From Lingula anatina (Eukaryota; Animalia; Brachiopoda), in contig CM120640.1 of assembly GCA_051362555.1 (NCBI GenBank), forward strand, positions 19,096,001 to 19,160,000: a DNA stretch of 64,000 bases. Reading direction: 5' to 3'. The notes beneath the pieces are model-generated. The model was not told where the DNA came from. It was given only the letters and a program-made list of their open reading frames with translations, and did no database searches. Shown here piece after piece: positions 11,001 to 24,080 of the stretch. A program made the position numbers and the translations under genes. Within the stretch, counting starts at the first letter, position 1. Each line of letters starts with the position of its first letter.

Positions 11001-14000
11001 AATGAGTTATGATGATGGTTATTTTCTTTACACCAGTGGGCATGCCAATGCTGAGAGCTTTAGTTACTGTAAAAAGTCACCTAGAAGGATCTTATGCTGA
11101 AAAATAACCTTTTTTTCACAGATGCTGTAAAGAAAACTATTTATCTAAGGGCCCATTTGCATATACTTTTAGAATATAGTGGGGAATTCATTGAGATAGT
11201 AGAGATTACTATATCTTCTATAATATCATTGAAGTGCAGAGTTTGTTGAGGAAGTATGTGTACCACTAGTAATGATTACTTATATCTCAAGATAGAAATT
11301 GTTTTTTATCAGGCTAAAACAACTTTGGCAGATTTAGCAATAAAGTATTAACTGTATTCCATATACTGTTTTGTAAGTTCATTGCACTGTTCTCACAAAA
11401 AGATAAAACGGGTAAAAATACAGAAAGTTTGAAAGTAAGTGATTGAGAATTGTCAGAGGATTTTATTGCCAAAAGAAGGAAGGGGGAGTTCATTGGCCCA
11501 GGATTGTTAGATCATCTTGCTTCAAAATGGATTTTAATAATATGTTCCACAGTGAGTTGTACAACATGTATTCAGGAATTTGACGTTAATTTGATATGTA
11601 ACTGGAGCAGGGATTTCCTAAGGAGTTGCTGTACAAGGAGTCCAAAATGATGATCTGTAAATTGTTTACCGATTTACAGGGATCCAAAACTACAAATATA
11701 ACGTCATTCCCCAAAAATTCCATTTAGCCTTCCAACCGTTGTTGAAAATATAGGCCATCTTTAGAGGCCAGAGGCTGTCCAAATGACAGCTGGACGACTC
11801 TCTGGGAAAAGTCTTGAGCTGTAGTCAAGATTCTTTACTCTTAGGCCCCATTCCCATAGACACCATCAGTCTACGTGGAACAATGCAACTTGGGGGACTT
11901 TTGCTGACTGCAGTCAGCTTAACTGAATGGCATGCCTCTTCCTGGCGTTAAGCATGATACAAAAAAGCTTGTGATTTTATGAATACAGTACCTTGGAAAC
12001 AAGAGGAAAAATATCATTCAGTTAAGCTGATTGCTTTTAGCAACAGTCCCTGCAGACTTGGGTTGACTGATGGCGTCTCTATGGGAATGGGGTCTTATTC
12101 ATCCAAATGACTTTTCACCAAAGCAATTCTATGTTATCAAATATATTGTTTTCCTTTCATTGCTTTGGTATATTAAGGTCATTTGTGAACATTTTATTTT
12201 CTGATATCACACTGGTATTGACATGCCGGTTGATGACAACAAATTGCGTATCTGAAACCAACAAATTAAGATAGCTTTATGTGCCAGCATGCAAATTTAT
12301 CATACTTCCTATGCATGAAACACAAAGAACAATCCTTTTTTCTGGTAATGTGGTTATGTTGATTTTTTCTCCTGGTTTCTGTTTTTTTCTCTTTTAAACA
12401 GAGTCTAGCTGTTTCCTATGGTTGCTTCATTGTCCATTATATCACTTGTCCTAGGTGTATAATCATCACCCACTCATGTTGTTTGAATGTCACTAAAGAT
12501 CCATCACCTTACGGTTATTGACGTCAAGTGTATCAATAGTGAACCATGATTGAATATTGAACAGCGTTTAATGATGTCATCTCATTTATATTTGATTTAC
12601 TCCAGAAATATTTGGAAATGATCCATTTGTGGGATTGTGACTTGCAAAAATGTGGTATCAATGTGTAAGCTGATGACAGTAGAGCATGTGGTTAATTTTT
12701 AAATTTTATAAAAAAAAAAAACAAACTGCTTTGTAGGATGAAATATATATCAGTATAAAAACTTAATGAGGTACATGTATTAACAGCAGAAAGAGAAGTG
12801 TGACGCCTCCCCACACGTCGTCCCTGCGGGGGGACAGTCATTAAAATCTCGGCTCCATTGGGACGACACATGGGGAGGCGTGTGAGAGGCGGAGAGACTA
12901 TTAAAGGATTAGGCGGTTTTTCTTTCATGTACGTCCGCCATATTTAGTCCCCAGGATTTGTAAATCCTGGCTCAACTCGTTGTGAATGCGATCTAAGGAT
13001 TATCTTTTTCAAATCAAAATCATGAAGTCTATTATAATAATTATTATACAAGTAAATAATTTATTGTCATATTTAATAAAAAGTATAAAATGAATATAAA
13101 TATGATCTGACAATGAAATTTAACAAATTAAAATCAAGTGTGGTTATTAATAATATTAATAAACAAGCATTGAAAAAGATGAATTTATATGAAGTGTGTA
13201 AAAATGCCATGAAGTGTGTAAAAATGCCAGTAAGTTAGAACAACTAGTATGTTGAAAAATAATGACAGTCTTGGTTCACTCTAGTATAAAAATTCTTATG
13301 ACAAAAAAGCTGATAATTTTCAACAAAATAAAAATAAAGAAATTAACAACATAAATGATAAAATTATCAAAAAAATAAAATTTCTTACATTTCCAAAGAG
13401 AATTGTCAACACATACTTGAACATGATGCCAAAACAAGCCCAAATAGTACTGAAACTTGTTTGAAAGGGTTCCCTGTTATTAGCAATATGGACTATGTGG
13501 GCTGAAATGAGTGCCATTTGTTACATCCACAAGTTCTTGATAACCTGTATTTTTATGGCGTTCCTTCCAAATTATGTCACTAGATGTGCCTTGCCACTGT
13601 ACTTTGAAGCATGAGTAAGCCATACTGCTGCACCTGTCTTGTTCAATAACATGCTCCTTAGTAGTAGGATGGTCCATCTAAGGCTGTCATTTTAAGATAG
13701 AGAGCCTGTGGTGTTGAGAAGTGCTGATGAATATATTCTTACAATGCTTGGACTTGTGGCTCTCCATGTAGATTTTAAAAAGAATGACAAGTAAGTTTTG
13801 TGAAAAAAAAAATGGTATTTTGTTCTTTTGGGTTCTAGGGTGTAGGTCTTTAATTATTTAAACATAAGAAAGTGAATATGAAGGTCATGTATTTTTCTTG
13901 GGGATCATTCCACATTTGAAGTGTATATTATTTTTGTTATTATTTACTAATTTTGATTATATATTATATAATCAAAATTAGTAAATAATAACAAAAATGC

Positions 14001-17000
14001 TTGTGTCCTTTGGTACATGTCACTTAAATGTCCAGTAAATCTCTGCTAATGACAATTTAAGCTGAACTGAATTGTGAGCCTAGTGGAAACAAATGTCAGT
14101 TTTATGTTAAGTTAAAGATAGTTATCCCAACTAAGGGAAGTTAAATGGTAGACCTTACCATATTAAAATCCCTACCAAATCCCTACCGCTGCATCAAAAG
14201 AACAACACACATAAGTATGACGTTTTTATTTCATTTTCTTGTTGTAATGTTTTAGCTTTTGCTACTTCAATTTCACTGCACATTTACAAGAACTTCACAC
14301 ATTTTCAGAAAACAAGTTAATAATAATAATAAATAACAAGAACTGTTATCCCCATCTTAAGATTCCATGAAGTTCAATTTGTCATAAAGTCGTTTTTTAA
14401 AAATGTTCTCTGTTACTCTTTTCTTAGGGGTATTTTCTCCAGAAAACCAAAGCAGCAATCAGAACGATCAGAAGAAACAGTGGTACAGGAAAGTGCACCT
14501 GGCTGGAAGTTGTTTGGGAAAGTCCCCCCTAAGGAGACTTCGCCTAAAAATCCACAGCAGATTTCTTCAGAGTACCAGGCACGTCAACGCTTGCTGCATA
14601 ATAAACCAGCCGAGAGACTCAGGAAGGACATTGAAGTTGCCTCTACAACAGCACTAATCTTGGAGAATCGCCCAATGTGAGTAAAATATGCCATGTAGCA
14701 TTCACACAAAAAAACACACACAAGTCTTTATTAGTTGTTGATCAGCAATACCAGTTCAAATTATGGTTCTTTCTGGGAAAGTGAGATGTTTTCTTTTGTT
14801 TGTGGCCCAAGGTTATTTCCTAGAGGAATTGGCTTCCCATTTTCTGTCAGAGAATGTCTATTGCTTTCTGCCTTGAAAATTGGAATCAATTAATTTGGAA
14901 GCTAATGTATTCTCCACAGAAAATTTTCGAAAAATCAATAGCATATAGAAATAATCATCTGTGTTTTCTTACATTGTATTGTGTATACAGGGGACAGCAG
15001 AGTACAGATCACACAGCTTGGTTGAATGGCTACAAAATTTCACCAGCATGCATTGGCACAACTAATTGCTGTGTTGTTGGGCAACTGGTGTTTAAAATTC
15101 AGTTCCCTGAGCAAAAAAGCTAGCTGTGAAACATTATGCAACACACCACAATGTAGTTCCTTTAGAAATCATCTCCCAGTGATGGCACTGAATCATCATG
15201 CATTGCTGACATAACATTGATACAGTATCTGTCTCTGCACACCTGTACCCAGAGAAAAAACATCTGAACCTGATAGACGTGATGCTTTCAAAAACCTTTT
15301 TAACTGCATGCACTTTAGCATGTCTTCTTGGTAGTGCTACATATTAGCTACTGCTTTGTAAAAATATATTTAGGTTCTTAAGTTTTCAAGACACAATATG
15401 TAAGTTGAATGGATGTAATGTAAAACAACATCTTGCTATGATGTGATGCTATTAATATAATAGTTGCATGGTATCATCATTTTGTATTATGAAGAATAAA
15501 TGCAGCCAATTTGAATAAATTTAGATATATTTGACATAAAATTTAACCTGGTTTTTTAACTTCTCAATGATTCTCTTTTTTTTCCCGTAATTTACACTAA
15601 TTTAAGATATCAAGTGCCATACTTATTTGGGTATAGTGAATGAGTAGCTGGAATAAGGATCACCTAGTAGATGTTTCAGAGCCAGCTACTTCATTTAAAA
15701 CCTTCCATATAGGCACATTAAAAATGAAAAAAAGGCTGGCACACACTGGACCTGAAGTTGTACTAGCACTAATAAGCTCCTTCAAATCTTAGCCTTCAGT
15801 AACAAGGGGTGCTAGTCTATCTATCTTAACATCAATTATAAATCAAATTTGATTGGCAAATTTACATAAGTCTCCTTTAGCTGAAGTATAAAATTCAGGT
15901 AATTGTTTTTCCTTAAGAATTAAAACCCCTGGTGTTGTTTTACTTTATAGCTGCATGGTTGCGGTTGATACTAGTGTAAGATGATGATAGCATCTGTATA
16001 AAAAGTTTTCCTATGATGTTGCAGCGCTACTCTGCAAATTAAGGATTCTTATCTGATACGCATTCTTTACAAGATGACAGATACAAGACTGAAGTAGTGC
16101 TTCTTTATACATTCCATATTGGAAATGGGTTCATGGCCTCTCTTCAAGGCAGTGATGAAGAATAATGTATTTTAAACATCTGTCTTCATTTGCTTTCATT
16201 GTTTAACTTATTTATAATTCAAATACAACTAAGTGATAGCACTCTGTCTTACAGTCTTTTTAGTAGCAGATTTTTAAAAAAAAAAATATTTGTAGAACTT
16301 TCTTTGTAGTCTTTGCATTTTCTGTTAACTTTCCATCCCTGGAATATGTATTTATATCCTACTTGTTAGCAATTACTGGATAGTCTGTTTTTTATATACA
16401 CATCCCGTATAGTATGAAGTGTCAAGAATGCACCCTGGCCCTCTTGATTCCCAGGCACCAATGTTCTACCAGTAATCAACAGTGACATTATATCAAATAA
16501 GGCCTTGTGATTATCAGATTGCATAACATTATGAACGAATTCATTGATTGTGATATTGATTATAAGTCCTTCATGTAGTGCTTATCTAAATTGAATTGCA
16601 TAAAAAATATATGGGTAAATCCACTTGGTAGGTAATAATGGCATGTAAAAGATCAGGTATCTAAACAGTGGACAGCTATTAAGAATTAATATCAGTTTTA
16701 AAATCAATTTGGTGTCCAGTTATTTTGAAGCTAGTCTTCTTGGCTGTTCTTTAACATGCTTGGGTTCTCCAAATTCCTATGTAGTGATATGTATAATCGT
16801 ACATTCTTGATATAATGTATGCTACATGAAAATGCTTGCTGTACAGAAATAGCATTACATCAATAAATATGGCGTGGATAGTGATTAATGTCTTACAGGT
16901 GAGGTCGTATTAAACTTGGTACCATTACATCAGTAGCTTACATTTCCTATAGATAATGTGATAAAAGAAATAAGTGTTAACGAAGGGCTGATCCTGTTTA

Positions 17001-20000
17001 AGTTTAGGGGCTCTTTTTAACCTCTGTCCAACCTTGTTTCTTCCTTAAGATTTTTTTCCATTTCTGTCTAGGCATACTGTGGATAGCTGCACATGCAATT
17101 GGCACATTCTGATGAGAATTGCTCCCTCCTCCACCTGCTCTGAAAAAAAAAAGAAATTCCAGACATTTTAGATTTGCAATTCCCCAAAGCTTCCAAAAGC
17201 CATTTTCTGTCAGACAATGCTGATGCTGCATGAACATTTAAGACATTTTATATAATCATGATAGCCACAACAAAATATCAGATCCCTGGATATTTTTTAT
17301 TAACAGTAATAGGCAACAGTATGGTGAGACTGATGTACATTTTGTCCATTAATGTTGAAGTTGGTATTTATTTATTTATTTTATGGATTGCAGTATTAAA
17401 ATAGGCATCGATAAGGTATCTTTTTCAATTAAGTTAAGGGATTGTATTTTGGAATTTTCCAGACACCTCCCTGCCAAATCTCCTGAAGAGGAACAAAAGC
17501 ACAGACTGGAATATGAGGCTATGGTGGAAGCTGCAAGGAAAAAAGGTTAGTTTTTATTCAGCAAAATAATTATAATTCTATATTCAGGTGAATCAAAGTG
17601 TAAATTAAGTTGATAAAGAATACACTGTTATATTAATTGTTCACTTGCCAGTTTCAGAAATGTGCACTGTACTTCTTTTTGATATAAAAAAATTATTATT
17701 ACATCTGCCCAACACATATCGTCCTGTAAATTGTACAACATGGCCAGTGGCCAACTGTCCATTGTTTGAAGAATTTTTTGTGAACATTTCTGAAATTCCT
17801 TGCATAAGGGTAAACCGTCATCCCCAATGTTGTACAAATATACTCAGTTAAAACTCCCTACTTCCACAAACCCAGCCAGTCTATATTTTTATAAACACCC
17901 ACAGCTGGTAACAGGAGAAGGTTGGTCTCAGAAAATTCTGTCCTGAAATTGGCCCATTCAATTTTCAGTATTGATAAACATTTGTGTACTTAGTTTGGAA
18001 GCTTTCTTCTTATGGAGCTGTAATAGGTTGTGAGAACTTTGCTCCAGTAAAATTCACCTCAGTGGTTTATCTATCATAAGCTTTCCTATCAACAGTTAAG
18101 GCTGGCCAGGTTACACATGGCCTCCCATTTCCTCAGTACACCACATGTCTTTAGGTTGTATTTCATTGTTGAAGGCTTATTTGGCTCACCAAGCATGCTT
18201 ACGCTGACCTTAGGAACATTTTAACTGATGTCAATAGCATTTTATTTTCCCCATGGCACTTATGTATTTTGTGTACTTCTATGAAAAAAAAATTGTTAAA
18301 AGCATTTCGCAGCAGCATTTTAGATTCAGGTCAGGAATGATGGTGCATTACCAAAGTAATGTGTTTCATTTGAAGTTTTGAAAAATTACAGAACTGAAGG
18401 AAGCAAAGCAGCGCAAGAAGCAACTTCAGCAACAGTTGAAACTGGAAGAACAACTGACAGCAGCAGTCCATGTCTGGAACACAGAGATATTGCCTCACTG
18501 GGATAATTTGTACGTAAACCACAAACATAGGTCGCATTCAGAACAGATGACTCGGACTTACAGATCCGCGGATCATATATGGCCGACCCAGTTTAAAGGT
18601 GGCTGCTGATAGTCCCCTAATGGTCTCCCCGCCTCCGCATGTGCCGTCCCTGCAGGGGCCTAGCAATTAAATCTCAGAGGCGAGATTTGATCCATTTAAT
18701 GACATGTGGAGATGGAGAGACCGTCAAGGGATTAAACGGCTTCCTTTGATGTGAGGTCTGTCACATTTAGTCTGTGGATCAGTAAGTCATCTGTTCCAAA
18801 TGCGACCATAGTTAAGTTCTTCTTTGGGTCAGTTTCACAAAAGAACTTTAACCTGATAATTGGTCTAAACTTTTAAACTAAATTGTACTATTACTTGGAG
18901 CCAAATAAATCAATCCTAAGTACTAGTTCAACAATATTAAATTAAATATTGGGTCTGTTTTTTAGCAAGAAAAATGTGGCTAATTTTTTAGACCCATACT
19001 TATTACATATTAAACATATTCTATATATTCATTGGGCTAAGTTTGTGAAAAATTTTCTGTGCTCTCTGGGTGAATTTTTTTAACCACACCAGAAAAATTA
19101 CCCACTCAGGATGATATGTTTATATGGAAAATAGTGGGATTTCAGGAGCCTTATTTTGTTAACCCTGGCTGCACATTTACAGATTATGAAATGTAAAACA
19201 AACATTTACATTGTTATCATGGGAGATATTCAGTTACAGATAGTAATGTAACAATAGACCTGGAGTTCAGATTAGATAAACTTGTGTTCACCAGAGTGAG
19301 ATAGGTAGGAAAACAAAGCTTTGTAGGTGGTAATTCTGCCTAACTGTTTGTAAGAGATGGGTCATCACATGCACATTGTGTGGGCTTGGATATTGTTTCA
19401 AGATGTACTATTATAACCTAATAACTCTATCTGAAAACTTGTGTAAAAAAAAAATTACAATAATGACTCAATCTTCTCAATGGAAGAAAATTTTGAATTT
19501 TACAGATACTGTATTTTTTTAAATCAAAGATGCTTGAAATTAGAACATTCTTATTGAGTAGTAGCAACAAAGTGACAGGCAGGCTACACTTAATTTCTTT
19601 TCTGTGCTGTAAGCACACCACAAATGCTACACAAATATATTTCTCTAAAGATTACAAAAATTTTCCCCATTGAAAAAATCGGTCATTATCGTAAATGTAT
19701 TTTTGTTAGTGTCAAATTGTTTCATTTCCTGTTATGTAAATGATGAACTATTACCATTGCTATTATTGTGGTTTTATCAGTGTTTGAAATTGAGCATTTC
19801 ATAATAATATTTTGTTCTTCAGAAAAAATTCAAAGAAGGCCCGTGACCTATGGTGGCAGGGTGTTCCTCCGTGTGTGCGTGGGAAACTGTGGAAGTTAGC
19901 CATTGGGAATGACCTCAACCTCACTCAAGGTATTCAGGGATGAGATTTTTCTGACTATCCTCGGATTTCTGACTTTTTGGGTCTGCAATAAAAATGGGGG

Positions 20001-23000
20001 GAGGGGGGTTGTCTGGACCGCACAGTATATTTTCAGACTTTTTCACACAGTGGCAGTCCATCCCTGTGTATTTTGTTGACAGATTTTTGATAAAAATGGC
20101 ATAGGCTTATACTAGGGGTTGTCTATTATGAATCTAGTTTATACTAAATGTTTAGACTATACTATATTATACTACACTACACTACACTATTCAAAATGCT
20201 TGTTCTACACTAAAAGGTCACATGTACCTCTACATTATTCATTTAAACAATGTACACTGTTACTAGAAACCCATAGGTAATGATACTTCAGTTGCTATGG
20301 CATCACACAGTTTTATCATTTTAAGTCATGAATGTTGTTTTACTATAAAGCACAAATCACATACATCCAACAACATACATTTTGGGAAATCATCAGATAT
20401 GTACAGGAAATAAATGTCAGTTTGTTATTTGAGATGAAGACGTGGGCTATACATGACTTCATACAATGCCTGATTGAGCAGATTTTTCTGGCTTAACCTT
20501 TTGAAAATTTGTTATTTTGGAAAACTGATATCTCCGGTCTTCACATAACAGAATCAAAAAGGAAAAAAAAAATTCATGTATAAAAGGTCTTCAATTTTAC
20601 ATCCAATTCTGCCACTTTTGTAACAACATAAATGATTTAAGTTTCAAGGTTATCATATTTTCAAGTGTATGTCACTGAAAATGAAAATTTGATCATTATT
20701 TTATGTCAGACTGAAAGTTAACACTGCACATTCACTTTTATCTGAGGCCCACACAAGAATGGCACTTTCCTCTGAATTCTAAATGGCTGCGTTAAAAGGG
20801 CGTGCTCTCAACAGGGTTTCCTGTCCATATTCTTCCTGAAGATAGTGTCAGATTTTACTGCCTTTTTTATGAAAATTTGACAAGAGAAAATGTTTGCTGG
20901 GAAGTAATCTCATTTCCATTATCCGTTTCTCTTTAAGCTGTCAATAAAAGTAATAATATATTTATTGATATAGTTACTTTTGCTTTTAAATGCAAAGATA
21001 ATAGTTTCAAGCCCTAAAAGCTTCTATTGTTTTTTTACAGAACTGTATGAAATCTGTGTGAGTAGAGCCAAGGACAGGATTAGGTTGATGGCAGAAACTG
21101 GGGATGATAATGAAAGTACAACAGGTATTAATGAATATTTGACAATGAATAATTTTTATCAGAACATAATCCATTTAACAAAGCTGCTTAAGGTTATCTA
21201 GGCATTCCTACATGTGTACAGGTTAATGTAGCTAAATAATACTTAAAAGCTAAGAAATTTAACTTGATTACACCCGAAACAGGATCAGTTTTCAATAATA
21301 CTCAAAGTGAATTAAATTATATTAGAAAAATAATGGCATAATATTAAATGGTATGAACGTTTTGGAATAAGTTTCTTGTTAGTATAACCTGATTGTGTTT
21401 AATTTTTTTATTTCAAAATTTCAGAGCCAGCATCTTGCAAAGAAGCCAGTGTTGAACTGATTAAGTTGGATGTGTCCAGAACTTTTCCTCAGCTCTGTAT
21501 ATTCCAAAAGGGTGGTCCATACCATGACCTTTTACATAGTCTACTGGGGGCATATGCCTGCTACAGACCTGATGTAGGCTATGTAAGTTCACTTTTCTCT
21601 GTTGATATATTCCGTTTCTGTGGCTCATTTGGGAAAATATGTTCACTGGTTATTTCTAGGAATTATTTGTATTGTTTCTATTCAGTAGAGGTTTAAATCT
21701 TTTCTATATGAGGCGACTCCTTATGCTGCATTAGAGTTACCATATAACAATAGTTGTAGACCTATTTGTGTTTGAAGTGTCAGATTGTTTTTGTCTGTAT
21801 GTTTGAAGTGTCAGATTGTTTTTGTCTGTATGCTGGAAATGACTGGTTTTTCCTAGAAACATTTCCAATACTTTTGATGAATTTTACCCTTGGGTGGTAG
21901 TATAATTATAACCTGGGCTTTGATGTAGGAGTGATTTCTCACAATAAATGCTCCATATTGTGCTGTTCATGTTCAAAGGAATTAACAGTTGGGGTGAGGG
22001 TCCATGGACCATTTACATGTTAAGAGGACTACTAATATTGATGAATTGTTAGTAAATCTTTTGTCAACTTGATGGTATCTGACCTCATACTACTTGTCTT
22101 TTCCACTAAACATGGTCAAAATTTTTATTCTAGCTGGGTTTGTAAAATGCTGAAGTTTTGCTAGTAAACATTTAAGGGCAAAAGTGGATTTCAGATAGAA
22201 TCAAAACATCTACCCCTATGTTCAGTATCCCAATTTAAATATTAATTTCCTCATTGCACTGAACTTTATGCTTTTATTCAGGTCCAGGGCATGTCCTTTC
22301 TGGCAGCAGTGTTAATTCTCAACATGGACGTGGCCGATGCCTTCATCTGCTTTGCTAACTTACTCAATAAACCATGTCAAGTGGCCTTCTTCAGAGTTGA
22401 TGAAAATGTGGTAAGTGCATTTCCTTTCTACAAGACTGGTAATATTAATTTAATAAATCACTTATTCTAAATAGAATAATTGGTCATGTTATCCACTAGT
22501 TGTTGTTGTTTGTTTCATATTAGCATTTTGAACAAAAAAAAAATATGAATAACAGAGTTGTATTGAAATCAGTGCTGTGCTTAAAATTGTTTGTAAATAT
22601 TTGGTTTAAAAGTAAATGACTGGCAATGAGATGAAATAAAAGATAATTTGTAACGAGTAACTCTGCTAGAAATTAACTTTGGTTTTCAGACCTCAAAATG
22701 ACACTGTGATTTCATGTAATACTTGTTACACATTTCAGATGAAAGCCTACTTCTCTGCCTATGAGGTGTTCTTCCAGGAGAATCTACCCACCCTCTACTC
22801 TCACTTTGACAACCAGAACCTCACCCCTGACCTGTACATAATTGACTGGTAAGTGGAAACTTCTAAAGGGTCAGTTTTGTGTCTGTGGTTTTGTGGTTTT
22901 TATACTTGGTTTAGCTTCACTTATGTGAAGTATGGGGAGTAAGGGGTCAACCATAAGTAAGACGAGTAAAGATAAGATTAATATTGTGTAAGTTTGCCGT

Positions 23001-23995
23001 TTATGTGTCACCATTGCATCCATATCCTTGTTATCGCTCACTAAGAAATGGGCAAAAAAATCAGTAAATTACAATTTTGATAATGTGTGAAATTGTTAAA
23101 TTGGAATGGTGTGTTGAGTATGGAAATGATCACATAACAATTTTGTTATTCCACTTGAAAATATCATTATTTGATGGAATAAGTTTGTAATGCTTGGTTC
23201 CCCAGGATATTTACCCTGTACAGCAAGTCCCTTCCCTTAGATGTGGCCAGTCGTGTCTGGGATGTGTTCTGCAGAGATGGAGAGGAGTTCCTGTTCAGGA
23301 CAGCACTAGGTAAGCCAGTACACATAGGTCTCTCTCCAGGGTTTAATTGGGTGACTAAATCCGAGTGATATGACTTCTTCTATTGGAGGGCCTGTATCAA
23401 CAATAGAACTTTGGACAAAAATGTTGGTCTAAATTTCCAGACCATTCTTTTAGCCTGTTTCAAATCGGACTAAATCTGCAAAAGTTCACTTTGGTAGAAT
23501 AACTTTTGTCTAAAACAGCATTAATTTCTTCCACGATATATTTTATTTGGCATAATCGATTTATCTTAGAGCAAAGTAGACTAAAATGTTGGTGTAAAAG
23601 TTTAGGCCAACATATGGGCTAAAGATATTTTGTGAAACAAGGTCCCTGCTGTCATATTTCCACAGTCACTAAAATGAATCGGCCAGAAATTAATAAATAA
23701 AATAGTGAAAGAAAATTAAGCCTTGTACATACTGTCAATGGTACCATGATTTATATGATACATGTTATGTAATTGTGGTAAAATTTTTGTTACAGGTATA
23801 CTGAAACTGTATGAAGACATTTTGCTCAACATGGATTTTATCCACCTTGCACAGTTCCTTACCAAGCTACCAGAGAACATAGCAGCCAGCAAACTGTTCA
23901 GGTGCATAGAAACAATTTGCATGTCCACAGACAAAAGGAAATTCTCTCAGGTGCTAACTTCATTCAAAGACAACAGGGACAAAGAGAGCCCTTGA
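5004..23995 (+). CDS. TBC1D14: TBC1 domain family member 12/14-like Rab GTPase-activating protein (~856 aa)
   Basis: Phase-consistent exons: 5004-6232, 14428-14676, 17463-17545, 18392-18509, 19823-19929, 21041-21124, 21425-21582, 22282-22410, 22739-22848, 23206-23309, 23796-23995. Family motifs: [44 protein letters not shown], Arg finger IKLDVSRTF, Gln finger [26 protein letters not shown]. It is probably the co-ortholog of vertebrate TBC1D12 and TBC1D14. Confidence 0.93.
8023..8085 (+). CDS. Candidate in-frame 63-nt cassette exon of the TBC1D12/14 gene
   Basis: Acceptor ttttttcctag and donor CAG|GTGAAC. Phase 2/2 matches the flanking exons, and the frame is open ([21 protein letters not shown]). 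Confidence 0.45.
8672..10310. mobile_element. Non-autonomous DNA transposon, 1639 bp, CAG termini, 5-bp TSD
   Basis: Perfect 14-bp TIR CAGACATGCTGAAA / TTTCAGCATGTCTG, with a TAAGA direct repeat on both flanks. Clustered subterminal TCGGTCC/GACCGG motifs at both ends. CpG-rich interior within a CpG-poor intron. No transposase ORF. Confidence 0.85.
11844..12094. mobile_element. PIF/Harbinger (Tourist-like) MITE
   Basis: Imperfect ~30-bp TIR GGCCCCATTCCCATAGACACCATCAGTC / GACTGATGGCGTCTCTATGGGAATGGGGTC with a TTA TSD. A further internal inverted pair, CAGCTTAACTGAATG / CATTCAGTTAAGCTG, is present. Confidence 0.8.
12803..12992. mobile_element. Degenerate partial copy of the MITE at 18530-18807
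   Basis: Colinear similarity with that element, e.g. CGCCTCCCCACACGTCGTCCCTGCGGGGG vs CGCCTCCGCATGTGCCGTCCCTGCAGGGG. The GGAGAGAC...GGATTA...ATTTAGTC...AATGCGA right end is also shared. Confidence 0.6.
13744..13790 (+). CDS. Candidate alternative first coding exon of TBC1D12/14 ([16 protein letters not shown])
   Basis: ATG-initiated 47-nt open segment ending at a consensus donor AA|GTAAGT in phase 2, in frame with exon 14428-14676. Confidence 0.45.
13930..13998. repeat. Perfect AT-rich palindrome with 34-bp arms and a 1-nt spacer
   Basis: ATTTTTGTTATTATTTACTAATTTTGATTATATA-T-TATATAATCAAAATTAGTAAATAATAACAAAAAT. Confidence 0.95.
18530..18807. mobile_element. MITE, 278 bp, 3-bp TSD (ATA), Harbinger-like
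   Basis: TIR GGTCGCATTCAGAACAGATGACT / AGTCATCTGTTCCAAATGCGACC, with ATA on both flanks. It lies 20 bp downstream of a TBC splice donor. Confidence 0.8.
18826..19055. mobile_element. Degenerate MITE related to 23388-23646
   Basis: Starts GGGTCAGTTTCACAAAAGAACTTT..TTGGTCTAAA and ends TGGGCTAA..TTTGTGAAA. These motifs are shared with the copy at 23388. Confidence 0.45.
19440..19705. repeat. Degenerate foldback / old MITE
   Basis: ATTACAATAATGACTCAATCTTCTCAATGGAAGAAAATTTTG is approximately the reverse complement of CAAAAATTTTCCCCATTGAAAAAATCGGTCATTATCGTAAAT. Confidence 0.5.
19935..20066. mobile_element. Small CAG-terminated MITE next to a splice donor
   Basis: 8-bp TIR CAGGGATG / CATCCCTG with flanks GGTATT / TGTATT. 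Confidence 0.45.
21769..21830. repeat. Perfect 31-bp tandem duplication
   Basis: TGTTTGAAGTGTCAGATTGTTTTTGTCTGTA x2. Confidence 0.9.
23388..23646. mobile_element. Degenerate Harbinger-type MITE
   Basis: Imperfect TIR GGGCCTGTATCAACAA / TTGTGAAACAAGGTCCC. Internal TTGGTCTAAA and GGGCTAAAGATATTTTG motifs are also seen at 18826-19055 and ~50040. Confidence 0.5.
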
Positions 23996-24080
23996 AGGAG
24001 CTCCATGTAGGACAACAGTGACGAGGAGAGTCCTTGAAGGACTTCCATTCCAGGACAACAGGGACTATGAGAGTCCTTGA
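23969..24080 (+). repeat. Triplicated ~42-bp unit spanning the TBC1D12/14 stop codon
   Basis: GACAACAG(G/T)GACnnnGAGAG(C/T)CCTTGAAG starting at 23969, 24011 and 24054. Confidence 0.85.

Noticed and set aside
23969-24080. Repeat-spacer-like pattern suggesting CRISPR
   Set aside because: Eukaryotic 3' gene end, only three contiguous diverged units, no unique spacers and no cas genes.
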